A stretch of 64,000 nucleotides of DNA from Mytilus californianus (Eukaryota). The translations under genes and the position numbers were made by a program. The DNA lies in the NCBI RefSeq assembly GCF_021869535.1, contig NW_026262668.1, positions 16,864,001-16,928,000 on the forward strand, in the 5' to 3' direction. This document shows positions 21,650-34,797 of this stretch, one piece after another. Below the pieces are notes generated by a model, which was given only the letters and a program-made list of their open reading frames with translations, was not told the origin of the DNA and did no database searches. Position 1 is the first letter of the stretch. The number at the start of each line of letters is the position of its first letter.

Positions 21650-24600
21650 GTAAGAATTTGAAAATCTTAAAGTGTAATCATGGATATTATTAAGCAGTAG
21701 GTAAGTATATCTTCAGCATTAACTTAACCTACAAATGTATTGTACCTTTAAAGGCAAAAAATTAGAAAAACCATGAGTACAGGTGTAAATATATATGATG
21801 ATAACAAATCAAATATTGATGAGGACTTAGTGGTCGAGTGGTCTACATGTAGGTATTCAAACTACTGTATCACTTCTAGCGTGCGAGTTTGAATCCCACA
21901 CATGGCAGGTGCAATCAACTCTAATCTTAATTGACAAGATTGTTAGTTTTCCTACTGAAAGGTTTGTGGTTCTCTATGGGCATTCCAGTTTCCTCAAACA
22001 ATACAAACATACTGCCACAAAATAGCACAATAGTGCTGAAAGTGGCATTAAACACCAATCGATCAAATATTGATATAACACAGAGCATTAAATCTACTTG
22101 TAAGATATCTATAATAAGAAATAGAAATAGAGACAACCACAGTATACCACATGGTTTATATGCATGTGTATATATGTGTAAAATCATAGCTCAATATTTG
22201 AATGAGAAAATGACTACACAGATCTATATATATATCATGCCTTACAAATTTTCCAGTGATACAAACTTTTCAACCTCCACATTGAAATGGTCTCTACCTC
22301 AGGCCGGTATTGTAGAGAAAGAATTTTAATTAGATTGGTTCCAACTTCTAATACATAGAGGTGATTTAATGGCCTGAACTTTGCATAATGTGCAAATCTA
22401 CTTTTCAATTAAAGGTTACACAAGGATTGGAAGATACTAATATAGTAACAATGATCGAATCTTTAACATCAATAATCACACTGTATTAATAAATGTTGTT
22501 ATTATACCAATGGGTATGCATTGAAAAATTTAAAGTTATATTTCTGTATATATGTGTAACACTCCCAAACGTGTCCATCCCCCAAAACGTGTCCGATTCC
22601 CCCAAACGTGTCTACTTCGCCTAAACGTGTCCTTCAAATCATAAATCGCACAATTGTGTCCGATTTCACATCCCTTAACGTGTCCGATAATTGTTATTCG
22701 CCAAAACGTGTCCAGATGAAAACGCTAGAACGTCTTAAAACTTTAAGCGCCAATATTACTCCGTGAAGTCAAATACGTTTACGGCAATGCAATGGCGTGG
22801 GATACGATGAAAGACTTCGGGTACGGTTGTATTCTTAAAAAGTCTAAGTAGCTACCCACAGAAATCTAGAGGAAAGGTGTAGTAGACCTTATAGATAAAT
22901 GTCCAAGACATGCTACATTGTGCACAGTGACTTCTGCTTTCATATAAATAGACACCAGGTTAAAAAAAAATCGCACAATAAAAAGTTATTTATACTTGCA
23001 GCGGTTTTATTTATTTTTTATCAATATAATAATCATTGTTTTGAAGTTCACATAGAGGTATTTCACAATTAAACATTTAATACATTTTATCTTGTTAGTT
23101 TTCCCAGTGGTTCACTGTTAATAAAGTGGTCATTTATTAGCATTAATTTGTTCAACGCCGGTTATTTATTTTACGCATTTGCAACACATACTTAACTATT
23201 GACTGTTTATTGCTTAATGTCCAGTGGCAAATATGACATGCATATTTAGAAAAAAAAACCATAAACATTGCAAGTTATTAGTTTTGTACAGTTTAAATCC
23301 TAGTTTACTAGGTGAATTCTATTGTACTAATATTGTCCGATGATGCCTAAATGTATTTGTAATGTATGAGGGTAATGCACGACCTGCTTCATGCAGAACT
23401 GGTTTCTGTGCTTTTAAAAGGGAGACCTTAGAGTTTCATATGAACCGGACACGTTTGGCCTTTTTAATAAAATGGACACAATTGGGCGCTCATAAACATA
23501 ACACGTTTTGGCGCCCTTTAGCAACTAGGCATGTTTTGAAGTTCAGCGACGTCATGTGGACACGTTTGGGGGAATCGGACACGTTTGAGGGGATGGACAC
23601 GTTTCTGAGTGTTACATATGTACTAAATTCAAGGCAGACAAGATAATACAGTATTTACATGTATTGTTAATTTTTCAGTAAATATTGCCCAGTTAAATGC
23701 ATCAGACCATGGTCCCACAACTTCTAGTCATCCATCCAGTATTAAGAGACGAGATTCTGCAAGACGACATACATTATCAAGTGGAGTAGACTCTAACATG
23801 GTAAAAGTTATAGATTCTTATTTTAATTCAAAATCAAATATTTATTGACATGAAATATTATAGAAAGCTTGTAACAAAAATAATAAACATTTATATATAA
23901 CAAACACAAATTAAGCCAATTGCATTTGGAGGGTTGAGTGCTCACAAACATGTTTAACCCAGCCACAACTTTATGTGCCTGTCCTAAGTCAGGAGCCATT
24001 AGTTCAGTTGTTGTCCTTGGTTCATGTCTGTCATTTTTGTTTTTTTGTAAATTGTTTTGTTATGAATTAGGCTGTTAGTTTTCTCGTTTGAATTGTATTG
24101 TCATATGACTTGTTAGGGCCTTTTTTTAGCTGACTATGCAGTATGGGTTTTTCTCATTTTTGAAGGCTATACAGTGCCCTATAATTGCTTATATTCACGT
24201 TCTGTTTGATAGTTGTCTCATTGGCAATTATACCACATTTCCTTATTTTTATATACATATATAATGTGGCGGGGTTGGACATATTGGCTTGTGCCAAACC
24301 CTCGCCCTAACCTGGGACAGTGGTGTAACAGCACAAGACATAAGAACAAACTATAAAAATCATTTGAAAAGGGCTTATTAATAACTCATTAGATCAATAC
24401 AAAGCACACAAAAAACCTAACAAAAACCCAGAAGACACAAAGTACAGATCTGAAAGTACTCAAAGTTACTGAAAGCTAGTTCAAAGCCAATAACAACTAA
24501 TAAAAAAGTCAGGTAGATCATCTAAGACTAAAATATCAATCAGTACACATCCATTTATTTGTTATTATGAACTCCTACTAATGTATATATTGTGTATTTC

Positions 24601-27600
24601 ATTAGAAGTTCATTGCTAGAGAAGAAACCATTGTCACATTGATGTGGCTTTATATTATGTTGACTGACAGTTTTTTTATTCTAGTTTTAGAAAAATAGTT
24701 ATTAATTACTCAAGAGTCTTAGTTCTATGAAAGTGGTATTTAATATAACATTTATTTGATGAAAGATAAGAGTATTGATTTGTTTGTTTATCCACAGAAC
24801 TATTGAAAGTCCTACAAATACAATTACTTGATGCAGGTCTGTGTGTAGTCTAATATTATACTCTGATGTCTGACAGACTGTTTTCAGAACTTTCAGGCCT
24901 TTTTAACCTCAAAGCAACCCTGAACGAGCCTGTGTGAAGATGATGGTTGTTCATGTGATAAGAAGACATCTGAATGACATTCTGACAGTTTTTCTGGTAT
25001 TCATCATGCTACCTTGACTGTAAAAACACTGCATCGAGTAATTTAACACCTGCCTATTGGATTCAGGTCACATAGATGCTTGGCTAGTGTAAAAGAACCT
25101 AAGAATGTCATAACAGCAAAAATTGAAAGAAGATTGAAAAAAACCAAAACAATCAAATTCACATGTAAAAATAATACTTTTTGATCATTTTATTGCAGAT
25201 AAAAAGAGCCAAGCAGTTAGATGAAGAAAAACAAATATTAATTCAGGGGTTAGCCATGATAGACAAAGCTCGTCTGTGGTATCTAAAACAGATTAACTTA
25301 ATGGAAGAAAAGCAGAAATATGTCGGCAAAACTTCACATAATGTAGGTACATTTGTAGTCGCCAGAGTGTAGTATTTTTAAGAATTGAAAAAAGGCCACA
25401 TTTTATGTTTTTTTTTATGATAATAGGCACCTTGTGAACAAAAATAAAATAGAGGACAAAATTGTAAATTTATTGGGGCAATAACTGCCCGTGATTAGAG
25501 ATGCATGTACACTAGGTATGAGCTGTGTCCAATAGAAAACAACCTTATGTAAATCAATATCAATACATCTGTTAACCTATTTCGGGTTCAAAAAAAATCT
25601 ACGGAAAGTCTAGAACTGTTCGAAAATTTTGTTGTTAAAAGAACCCTACAAAACAGATCAAACTTCATCTTTTATTTTGTACATTTTGTATTTGAATGTT
25701 CCAAAATCAATCAAAGTTTTATAAATGTACATGTATACTCGCACTTTTCTATCTGACACAGCTTATATGTTAGACTCTAAATTGCTCGAAAACAGAGCTA
25801 AAACAACAACTCTATGTGTAGGTTTGAAAGCTGTTGTATAGCAAAATGATGACCAATCTCTGATCCTATTTTGTAAATTTGTTCTTTTCATGAAATATTT
25901 GCTTCCGGACATCAAGGAACCAAGAATCAATCAGTCACTTATTCAAGTTATTTTACACTTTTCAATATTCGATAAAAACAGAAGAAAAACAGGTTAAATC
26001 AAAGTTTCCAGGAATAAAAATAGGTTAAATCAAAGTTTCCAGGAATTGTTCCTCCTTTTTCTCTTTTTTACACTTATTTGAATTGCTCAATGATAGGCAT
26101 TTTTGGGAAACCTTTGAGAAGATTACGATGATATTGGAATATGAATGATTTGTTTCGTCTTTGTTGAGCATGAAAAACCCTTAGGTTAAATTGTGATTGT
26201 TAAAGAGTACATTTAATAAGGCCCTAAAATGGCTCCTATTTCAAGCTACAATTTCAAATTAGGCTTTTTTAACTTATATCACATTGAATCATAGCTATTA
26301 CAATGACTAGAATCTAGATAGAAAATATGTCTTTTTGTTAAAAATTTATGTACTTGCGCTCAATTCATGACCTCACAAATACCACTCATTTTGATTTTCC
26401 ACAAAAATTCAATGAAAACAGGTAAATTTCTATTAATTGTATTGGACAGGAAACAAAGAGCGCATGCGTCAACAAAAATGATCTTTTCATTAATGATTGT
26501 TATAATATATTACATATCTGAATTGGATATTTAGTTTGTCAACGTCTGCGATCTTTGTTTCCTACGCCTTGATTTGGTTGAGATCTTGTACAATTTTGTC
26601 AAACTTTGCAAAAATCTCTATTTTTGGCCTATTTGGATGTAAAAATCAATGCTTTAAAATAAAAGCTTGGACAAAAAAGTTCTATTTACATTTCTCATAT
26701 GTCTTTTACACCAACTTAAAACATTTTTTATCTTGAGACATTGAACTTAATAATTGAGGCCAAGTATGGCCATTAAGAAACCTACTACTTTAAATTTTCA
26801 GGTGAATGTGGTCATAATCAGCTTTTACATCATAATAACACGTCTTCTGATTGGCTGAAAGTATTTTGTCTATCAGCTCATAGACATAATTTTGTCATGT
26901 GACTGTGATGTCACCAACGTTTTTTTTTTTCAAAATTAACTCCTTAAAAATGGAATTTAGAATTAAATTATAAGGAAAGACTGTAATATTTTTTGTGTCT
27001 ATTCGAAATAACCTAAAAAATGTGGTGCACACTTTTAAATAACCCGCTACGTGGGTTATTCAGTGTGCACCACATTTTTATGCCTCACCTAGGGGCATTA
27101 TGTTTTTTTGTCTGTTCGTCTGTCCGTCCGTCTGTCCCGCTTCAGGTTAAAGTTTTTGGTTAAGGTAGTTTTTGATGAAGTTGAAGTCCAATCAACTTGG
27201 AACTTAGTACACATGTTCCCTATGATATGATCTTTTTTAAATGCCAAATAAGAGTTTTGATCCCAATTTCTCGGTCCACTGAACATAGAAAATGATAGTG
27301 CAAGTGGGGCATCTGTGTACTATGGACACATTCTTGCTTATGTTATTTCTTCATAGACAGAAAAAATATTACAGTCATTCTTTAAATAAATGTCACATGT
27401 CACATCAGGACATGGTGCAGTGACATAAATACTTTAACAAATAACAAATAAGACAGGTCTAGATTCCTGACTAGTTAAAAATGATGTATTATATATGTAG
27501 GACTCGGAGGTGCAATGGTCACGCTGAAGTGTGATGGTCTATGCCGAAGTGTGATGGTCCTTTCGCTGAAGTGCGATGGCTTTGCATGACGTTTGGATAT

Positions 27601-30600
27601 TGTGACATTTTCAAATGCAACGTTATTAAACTAAATTGATCTCAGGCAGGAGAATAAGATTTGTAGATGAAGGTTTCATGCGTACAAAGGAAAGGTAACA
27701 GAATGAAACGAACGATTCTAGTCCTGTACAGTTTTGAGCATTAGAGTTGGAGGTTACAAAAATATGAAAAACTAAGTCAGACAGCAAACCATGGGGAACA
27801 AGGCGGCTTAAAGATTATCTTGGTCTGCAGATGGGCTAACCAGTGTCGGAAGCATGTTTAATGTATGCTGCAAACGTTTTGTACGACAAATAAAATGTCT
27901 TTATCTTAATATTAATTATGACTTTATTTCAAGTATATATACATCACATGATTTTGTGTGGACAACTTAATAATAAAATAAAATTGATTGTTAGCAATGT
28001 TTTTCGTTATATCAAGTAGCGATAATTATGCCCCCGACGTAGCGGTGGGGGCATTTAAAAGTTTTACCCTTGTCCATCGTACCAAAATTGGTTTCCGTTC
28101 TCTAACTTGAGTTTGCCTCAACCAAATGTTATGAAACTTATACACAATGTTTATTACCACAAAACACAGATCAAGTTTGAATTTTGGTGCGTCACTTTAA
28201 CTTTTCTAGAGTTATGCCCCTTTATAAATGGAAAAATTGCAAAATTTTTAGTTTATGTTCTCTAATTTAAGTTTGCCTCAACCAAATGTTATGAAACTTA
28301 TACACAATGCTTATTACCACAAAACACAGATCAAGTTTGAATTTTGGTGGATCACTTTAAACGTTCTAGAGTTATGCACCTTTATAAATGGAAAAAATGG
28401 CAAAATTTTTAGTTTCCGTTCTCTTACTTAAGTTTGTCTCAACCAAATGTTATGAAACTTATACACAATGCTTATTCCCACAAAACACAGATCAAGTTTG
28501 AATTTTGGTGGCATCACTTTAACCGTTCTAGAGTTATGCCCCTTTAAATGGAAACTTTGCAAAAATTTTATTTTCGTCTAAATATCAAATTAATTTTTTA
28601 AAATGGAGTTATCTACCTTTGTACATGATTATAGTTGAATCAACTACAATCAATGCTTTATACAATGCAATGTTTAATTTTTACTTCCACTGATCATTAT
28701 TGAGTTATGCCCCTTTATAAATCGAAAGATTGCAAAATTTTTAGTTTCCATTCTGTAACTTAAGTTTGCCCCAACCAAACATTATGAAACCTATACACAA
28801 TATTCATTACCACACAAAACTAAGATCAAGTACAAATTTTTTTGTTTCTGTTTTCTAACTTTAGTTTGCCTCAACCAAATGTTATGAAACTTATACACAA
28901 TGTTTATTACCACAAAACACAGATCAAGTTTGAATTTTGGTGCGTCACTTTAACTTTTCTAGAGTTATGCCCCTTTATAAATGGAAAAATTGCAAAATTT
29001 TTAGTTTATGTTCTCTAATTTAAGTTTGCCTCAACCAAATGTTATGAAACTTATACACAATGCTTATTACCACAAAACACAGATCAAGTTTGAATTTTGG
29101 TGGATCACTTTAAACGTTCTAGAGTTATGCACCTTTATAAATGGAAAAAATGGCAAAATTTTTAGTTTCCGTTCTCTTACTTAAGTTTGTCTCAACCAAA
29201 TGTTATGAAACTTATACACAATGCTTATTCCCACAAAACACAGATCAAGTTTGAATTTTGGTGGCATCACTTTAACCGTTCTAGAGTTATGCCCCTTTAA
29301 ATGGAAACTTTGCAAAAATTTTATTTTCGTCTAAATATCAAATTAATTTTTTAAAATGGAGTTATCTACCTTTGTACATGATTATAGTTGAATCAACTAC
29401 AATCAATGCTTTATACAATGCAATGTTTAATTTTTACTTCCACTGATCATTATTGAGTTATGCCCCTTTATAAATCGAAAGATTGCAAAATTTTTAGTTT
29501 CCATTCTGTAACTTAAGTTTGCCCCAACCAAACATTATGAAACCTATACACAATATTCATTACCACACAAAACTAAGATCAAGTACAAATTTTTTTGTTT
29601 CTGTTTTCTAACTTTAGTTTGCCTCAACAAAATGTTATGAAACTTATACACAATGCTTATTACTACATAATACAGATTAAGTACGAAATTTGGTGGTGAC
29701 ACTTTTACCATTCTTGAGTTATGTCCCTGTATAAACTTAAAAATTGTTGAATATTTTGTTTCCGTTCTCTAACTTTAGTTTGTCTCAACCAAATGTTATA
29801 AAACTTATACACAAACGTTCTAGAGTTATGCGTGTTTACAAATAGAAAAGTTGCTGAATTTTTAGTTTCTGTTCTTTACTTAAGTTAGCCTCAACCAAAT
29901 GTTATGAGACTTACACACAATGCTTATTACCACAAAACTCAGATCAAGTTCAAATTTGGGTAGCGTCACTTTTACCTTTCTTCAGTTATGTCCCTTTATA
30001 ACTATATGATATGCAAGGGGGGCATCATCTGTGTCCACATGTGGACACTATCCACATTTATTTTTTTGTTGTATTCTTGAGATGAATTCTGCTTTGTAAG
30101 AAAACATGCAATCCTAGTAATTATATTGTGTTTACAGTATTAATCTTCTGCAATTGGTTAGGCCAAAAAAATCTGTCCTCTAACTCGAATCCATTTTACT
30201 TTATCTGAGCCCACCAGTCTATTTTCTGACTCCATACTGTTGTGTGCTAAGCGAATAATTAGCAAATTAAAAATTAAAGTCTTTGGTTTTAACTGGCCAG
30301 AAACAAAACCCGATTTTCCAAATGTGAGGCTAGCATGCTAACCACTACACCGCCACATTGAATTGGGATTTCACTTTAAACCATCACATTTAGCTAGTAT
30401 ACACAACGTCACAGTTAGACCATCGCACTTCAGTGTACCCACCAGCGCATTTCAGTGTATCTAACAACAAGTTAGCGTCACAATGATACCATAGCACTTC
30501 AGCGTGTTAACCAATGCACTTTAGCGTGGACCATCGCACTTCAGTAGGACCATCGCACTTCAGCTTAACTATCACAGCTTGGAGTACCATCACGGTTCAG

Positions 30601-32631
30601 AGTCCTACATATATATTATATATTAGAAATTATATTTTTCAGGACTACAATTTAGAGGCAATGCAAGAGAGAATGAATTTTGAAAAAGCTAGAATAGCTG
30701 AAGTGAATCATCAAATTAAAACACTTGTAGACAGTAGTGAAAAGGTATTTATTTGTCACAAATTCATAGCTCTTACTGTAAGGTCATAGCTGAAAAAATA
30801 TTCATATATGTTTATTGATGACAAAGGCAATGTTTTAGTGTATAGAGGTATTCTTAACTGTACCCCAACTTGTGAAACACAATTTAAAATCCAAAATGTT
30901 GGAATATAATCAATGTTTTTCCAGTAATAATTCTAATACAAAGATATTGCATTTTTTTTATGCAAAAATTATTTCAAGACTCCATTCATCACAGTAAAAT
31001 AAAGACCCTTTCTTTTAAATTTAACTTTCTTTTCTTTCAACACAATTGAATTTTTAGAAAAAAAATTGGAACATTTTACATCCTGTTTATTGTATGGTAC
31101 CAGTTGAAACTACACTTACCACAAGAGTTATCCCCCTTTATTAGTGAAACTATTGCATTGAAAAATATTTTTATCATGACTTGGGAGATGAGATATCTAT
31201 GAGCTAAAGACAAATCAAACGATTTCATTACACATAAACTAATTTGATGTAATGGCCAAGTGTTATACAAAGTTAGATAGTTAAAGGCACTGATGATGTT
31301 AAATAATACAATTGTCTAAATACCCATTAGATAATACATGGGGTTTATTTCTTAATATAACATGTATGTGATTGTGATTTGCAGGGTTTTCCACTCCATA
31401 TGAACCTTGCTATGACCTCTACTAATCATCAGTTGCAAAGTACCATTAAAGTTGTCAAAGGTCAAAATAAACAGTTAACAAAGGTAAATATAAAAAGAAG
31501 ATGTTGTATGATTGCCAATGAGACAACTCTCCACAAGAGACCAAATGACACAGAAATTACAGTTTTGACAAAAGACAGTTTTGACAATGAAGACAATTGT
31601 ACTATTAAAATGTAACTTGTCTTTAAGAGAATCTGAAAATCCATAGCTTTATTATAAGAAATTTAAAGTTTAACACCATTCTTATGATTTTTCAAAAAGG
31701 CCAGTAGAGAATAATTTACAATGACAACCAAAGCCAATACTTAAAGTTCTCTCTAACAAGTAATTCTTTAATCCTGAATTGACTGAAATTTTGAAACAAA
31801 CTGCTAGCTTATCATTCACAGTAGCAAATACTGGTTTTTGGCAATGCTTTAATAGCTACTGTAAGATGAAAATTAAATTTAATCATTACCTCAGAATACA
31901 ATGATTATCATTTTTATAGAGGTTAAAATACCACATTACTACAAACCAAATGTCACAGTAACAGAGAATAAGTTGTAGCAATAATAATAATTGTTTCACT
32001 TTATCTCTCAGCATTGCAGTTAACTAGGAAGAAATGTATCTAGTATCAAAATTTAATTTTTAGAGTCACTTAATGATTTAATAAAAAGGATTATATTGCA
32101 GATTCATTATTATTCAACTGAAATAATTAAGTTAGTTTCGTGGATATAGGTAAAGCATGTATTTTAGAATTATTCAAAATTCATGTGGTCTTGTGTGCAA
32201 AATTTGTCAAAACTAAGAAATCAAGTACTGTGGATTCATTTATTTTTGTGGATACAAAATTTTGTTGATTCAGGAAATATAGTATTTTTTTGGATATTGA
32301 TTTGTTGGTTTTGACTAAGTCTGCATATATGCCAATAGAAAATTTGTACTTCATTGAATATTTAAATTGTGGATAACCTATACCCATTAAATCCACAAAA
32401 ATTGGTATCCAAAGAATAAGAATGAATCCACAGTGTGAGTATTTATGGGAAAATGATCAAAATAGCCATAACTACTGTTATAATGGTGAACAAATTCTAT
32501 ATTTGTAGGAAATCAGTCAGAAAAGTGATAAAATCACACAACTTGAACAAGAAAAGGCACAGTTGATTAGAGATCTGTTTGAAGCTCGCTCAAGCCACAA
32601 AACTAATTACGATGATACAACATTTATGTAA
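20803..32631 (+). CDS. SAPCD2: Suppressor APC domain-containing protein 2-like, spliced CDS of 6 exons, 478 aa
   Basis: Exons: 20803-21649, 23679-23800, 25199-25342, 30643-30744, 31385-31483, 32509-32631; GT-AG, in frame (1437 nt). N-terminal GLPRQFLSSLRTLFDILD...LSFERFVSGL, central RRHTLSSGVD, and C-terminal coiled coil ITQLEQEKAQLIRDLFEAR...DDTTFM* match the SAPCD2 family as I recall it. Confidence 0.9.
21821..22068 (+). mobile_element. tRNA-derived SINE
   Basis: A box TGGTCGAGTGG, B box GTTTGAATCC; body shared with 35646-35850, with fragments near 53030 and 62330 (reversed). Confidence 0.7.
22555..23616. mobile_element. Ginger-like non-autonomous DNA element
   Basis: TGT...ACA termini, 4-bp TSD TATG, ~55-bp TIR, subterminal AAACGTGTCC repeats inverted at the two ends. 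Confidence 0.75.
23679..23800 (+). CDS. SAPCD2: SAPCD2-like exon 2 (...RRHTLSSGVDSNM)
   Basis: tttttcag acceptor, GTAAAA donor, 122 nt. Confidence 0.88.
23925..24255 (+). repeat. Copy of an abundant dispersed repeat family (GTTGTCTCATTGGCAATCATACC core)
   Basis: Related copies at 16615-16865, 39105-39530 (reversed), 41850-41985, 46580-46685 and 52180-52470. Confidence 0.7.
25199..25342 (+). CDS. SAPCD2: SAPCD2-like exon 3 (IKRAKQLDEEKQILIQGL...)
   Basis: tattgcag acceptor, GTAGGT donor, 144 nt. Confidence 0.88.
27080..27340 (-). mobile_element. Short Helentron/DINE-like element
   Basis: GGGGCATTATG, (GTCT/GTCC)n microsatellite, GGGGCATCTGTG...GGACACATT subterminal motif. Confidence 0.55.
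27496..30609. mobile_element. Second Ginger-like non-autonomous element, hosting a nested tandem-repeat element
   Basis: TGTAGGACTC...GAGTCCTACA, TATA on both flanks, inverted subterminal CTGAAGTGCGATGGTC repeats. Confidence 0.65.
28027..30060 (-). mobile_element. Helentron/DINE-like element with a long tandem array containing a 753-bp higher-order duplication
   Basis: Reverse complement of the 11485-12079 family; 28110-28875 is repeated at 28863-29628. Confidence 0.75.
30643..30744 (+). CDS. SAPCD2: SAPCD2-like exon 4 (DYNLEAMQER...SSEK)
   Basis: tttttcag acceptor, GTATTT donor, 102 nt. Confidence 0.85.
31385..31483 (+). CDS. SAPCD2: SAPCD2-like exon 5 (GFPLHMNL...QNKQLTK)
   Basis: tttgcag acceptor, GTAAAT donor, 99 nt. 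Confidence 0.85.
32228..32433. mobile_element. Tc1/mariner-type MITE
   Basis: TIR CTGTGGATTCATT; TA on the left flank; same family as 56671-56878 in opposite orientation. Confidence 0.75.
32509..32631 (+). CDS. SAPCD2: SAPCD2-like exon 6 (EISQKSDKITQLEQEK...DDTTFM*)
   Basis: tttgtag acceptor, TAA stop, 123 nt. Confidence 0.9.
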   Translation, partial: EISQKSDKITQLEQEKAQLIRDLFEARSSHKTNYDDTTFM

Positions 32632-33727
32632 TTTTCAATACAGTTGTCGTCGTAATTTTGTATTACATCTAACAAGATCAAAGAGCAGCTCAAATATCTT
32701 AATTTAGTGACTCTCATTAAATTGGTACCCATATTTGGTGACCATTTAAAATCATTGAAAAACATTTTGCCTGCAAAACACAAGGCAACCAAAGATGCTT
32801 GGAGAAATGACCAACATTACAAGAGGCTACTAATGCAGATGGAGGAATTTGGTTTTTACATTTTATGTGTGTGGCAGATGCCCATGCCTGTAAAGTTTTT
32901 TTCTGTAACAAATCTACCTTCAACAGTATTGTCTTGAAAAAAATAACTTTTACCCTTTGCCATTCAAAATTCCAAAGTAGAATTTTCCTTGTAAAAAATT
33001 GAAAATACTCTAACCAAATCTATTTGATTTTAAGGCAATTTTTAGAATTTTGGGAAATACCAAACATGTAGTTTCCTGTCAGTAATTGACGCCAATGATT
33101 TTTTAAAATTTATTTTACATAATATGTAGGAATTTTAGTGTAATCTGATAGACAAGTTCTTTCAGGTTTAGTTTGATTTTTAAGAAAGCTTTTTTCAATC
33201 TCTGTCCATATTGGTGGAAATTATCAAGAAAAGATAGTGTCCTTTGGTTAACATTATTCTTACAACTGATTTGCTGTTTACATAATTTGTTGGACAATTA
33301 AACATTATTTTTTTATTTATTCTTAAAAATTCACCATGAAAGAGCATAAAAAGCCAAAAGTTAAGTTTCCATTAAATTTGTTATTCCACTACCAAATTTT
33401 TTTTTCACATTTTTAATTAACCACTTAGCACTGTTTGAGGTTAGTTTTAACTTTTGTTATTTATGCTTTGGATTTCTTAATTTTTTGGTTAACATTAAAA
33501 TGACTTCTTTACTTTCTTAAAACATTGAGACATTTATGTTAGCCACAATTTCAGTTTGAGTTTGATCTTCAGTTTATTCATATTTTACTGAATCATTGTT
33601 TTGTTTTTGTTGTGTGGTGATAGCCTAAGGATTGACAATATCTATGTTTTAAGAAAACATAGTCTTCTTTAATTAATTATCATTTAACTAATAAATTCTT
33701 TTGTTGACAAGCATGAACATGTGCCTA

Positions 33728-34505
33728 TTTTTGTCTCTCCTGTGACAAAAGTCACAGTATGCGAGACATATGCATTACTATCCGGTTGCGGTAATGTAAA
33801 CCATTTGTATAAAGCTTTATATTTCAGACGGTAGAAGACCTGAATGCTTCAAACCTTGTATGCAGATACCTTATGTTACGAAGTTTCCGTCTGTCATATG
33901 TCCATTGTCCTTTACCTCATTTTCATGGTTCAGTGACTGCTTGAAAAAAAATTACAGCTTTTTTGTCATGTGAATTTCTCGCTTATTATGAGTAATAGGA
34001 TAACCATATTTGGCATATTGGTTCCTTGCAACATCTACATGTCCGTCAAATAAGGTTCACCTGATCTTGATCTCATTTCATGGATCAGTTATTAAGGTTA
34101 AAGTTATGTGATTAGGTCCGTTTCAAAAATACTATAAGCAGTAGGTCAACTATATGTGGTGTATGGAATGATTGTAATGGGTTCATGTCAGTCTGGTAGG
34201 TTTCATCTGACCTTGACCACATTTTCATGGTTCATTGGTCAATGTTAAGTTTTTGTGTTTTGGTCTGTTTTTCAACTTCTATAAGCAATAGATCAACTAT
34301 ATTTGGTTTACGGAATAATTGTAAGGTGTACATGTCTGTCGGACAGTTTTTATCTGACCTTGACCTCATTGTTATCATCTTTAAAAATGTTAAGTTTATG
34401 TGAAACTTGTAGTAAAACCTTTATCTTTAAGACTTTCAACTTAAAATCAATGGTCAATAAAGCAATGGAGACATTTCAGTGTATGCACTCTTGTCTTTCA
34501 AACTA
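33728..34505 (+). mobile_element. Tandem-repeat-bearing interspersed element
   Basis: Repeated CTGACCTTGACCTCATTTTCATGG units. Confidence 0.5.
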
Positions 34506-34545
34506 CTTTAGCAGAACAACTTTTCTGTCATCAGGTATTGCATAA

Positions 34546-34797
34546 GGGAGCTACCATTTGATTTTTATGGGGGGGCTAGGATGAAATTTGAAAAAAAAGG
34601 CAGGATGAGACACTTTGCAAAAAAAAAAAAGGCAGGATGACAATTTATGTAAAAAAAAGTCAGGATAAACTAATAAAAAAAAAGGCAGGACGGAATAGAG
34701 TGAAAAATAAAAAGGCAGGACAGAGATTACAACTAAAAAAAAAGACAGGACGAAATTTTTCATCCTAGCCCCCCATAAAAATCAAATGGTAGCTCCC
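34546..34797. mobile_element. PIF/Harbinger (Tourist-like) MITE
   Basis: GGG...CCC termini, ~40-bp near-perfect TIR, TAA TSD, internal A-rich GGCAGGA repeats. Confidence 0.85.

Noticed and set aside
21821-21900. tRNA gene (also at 35646)
   Set aside because: A and B boxes are present, but there is no cloverleaf and the sequence continues into a shared SINE body
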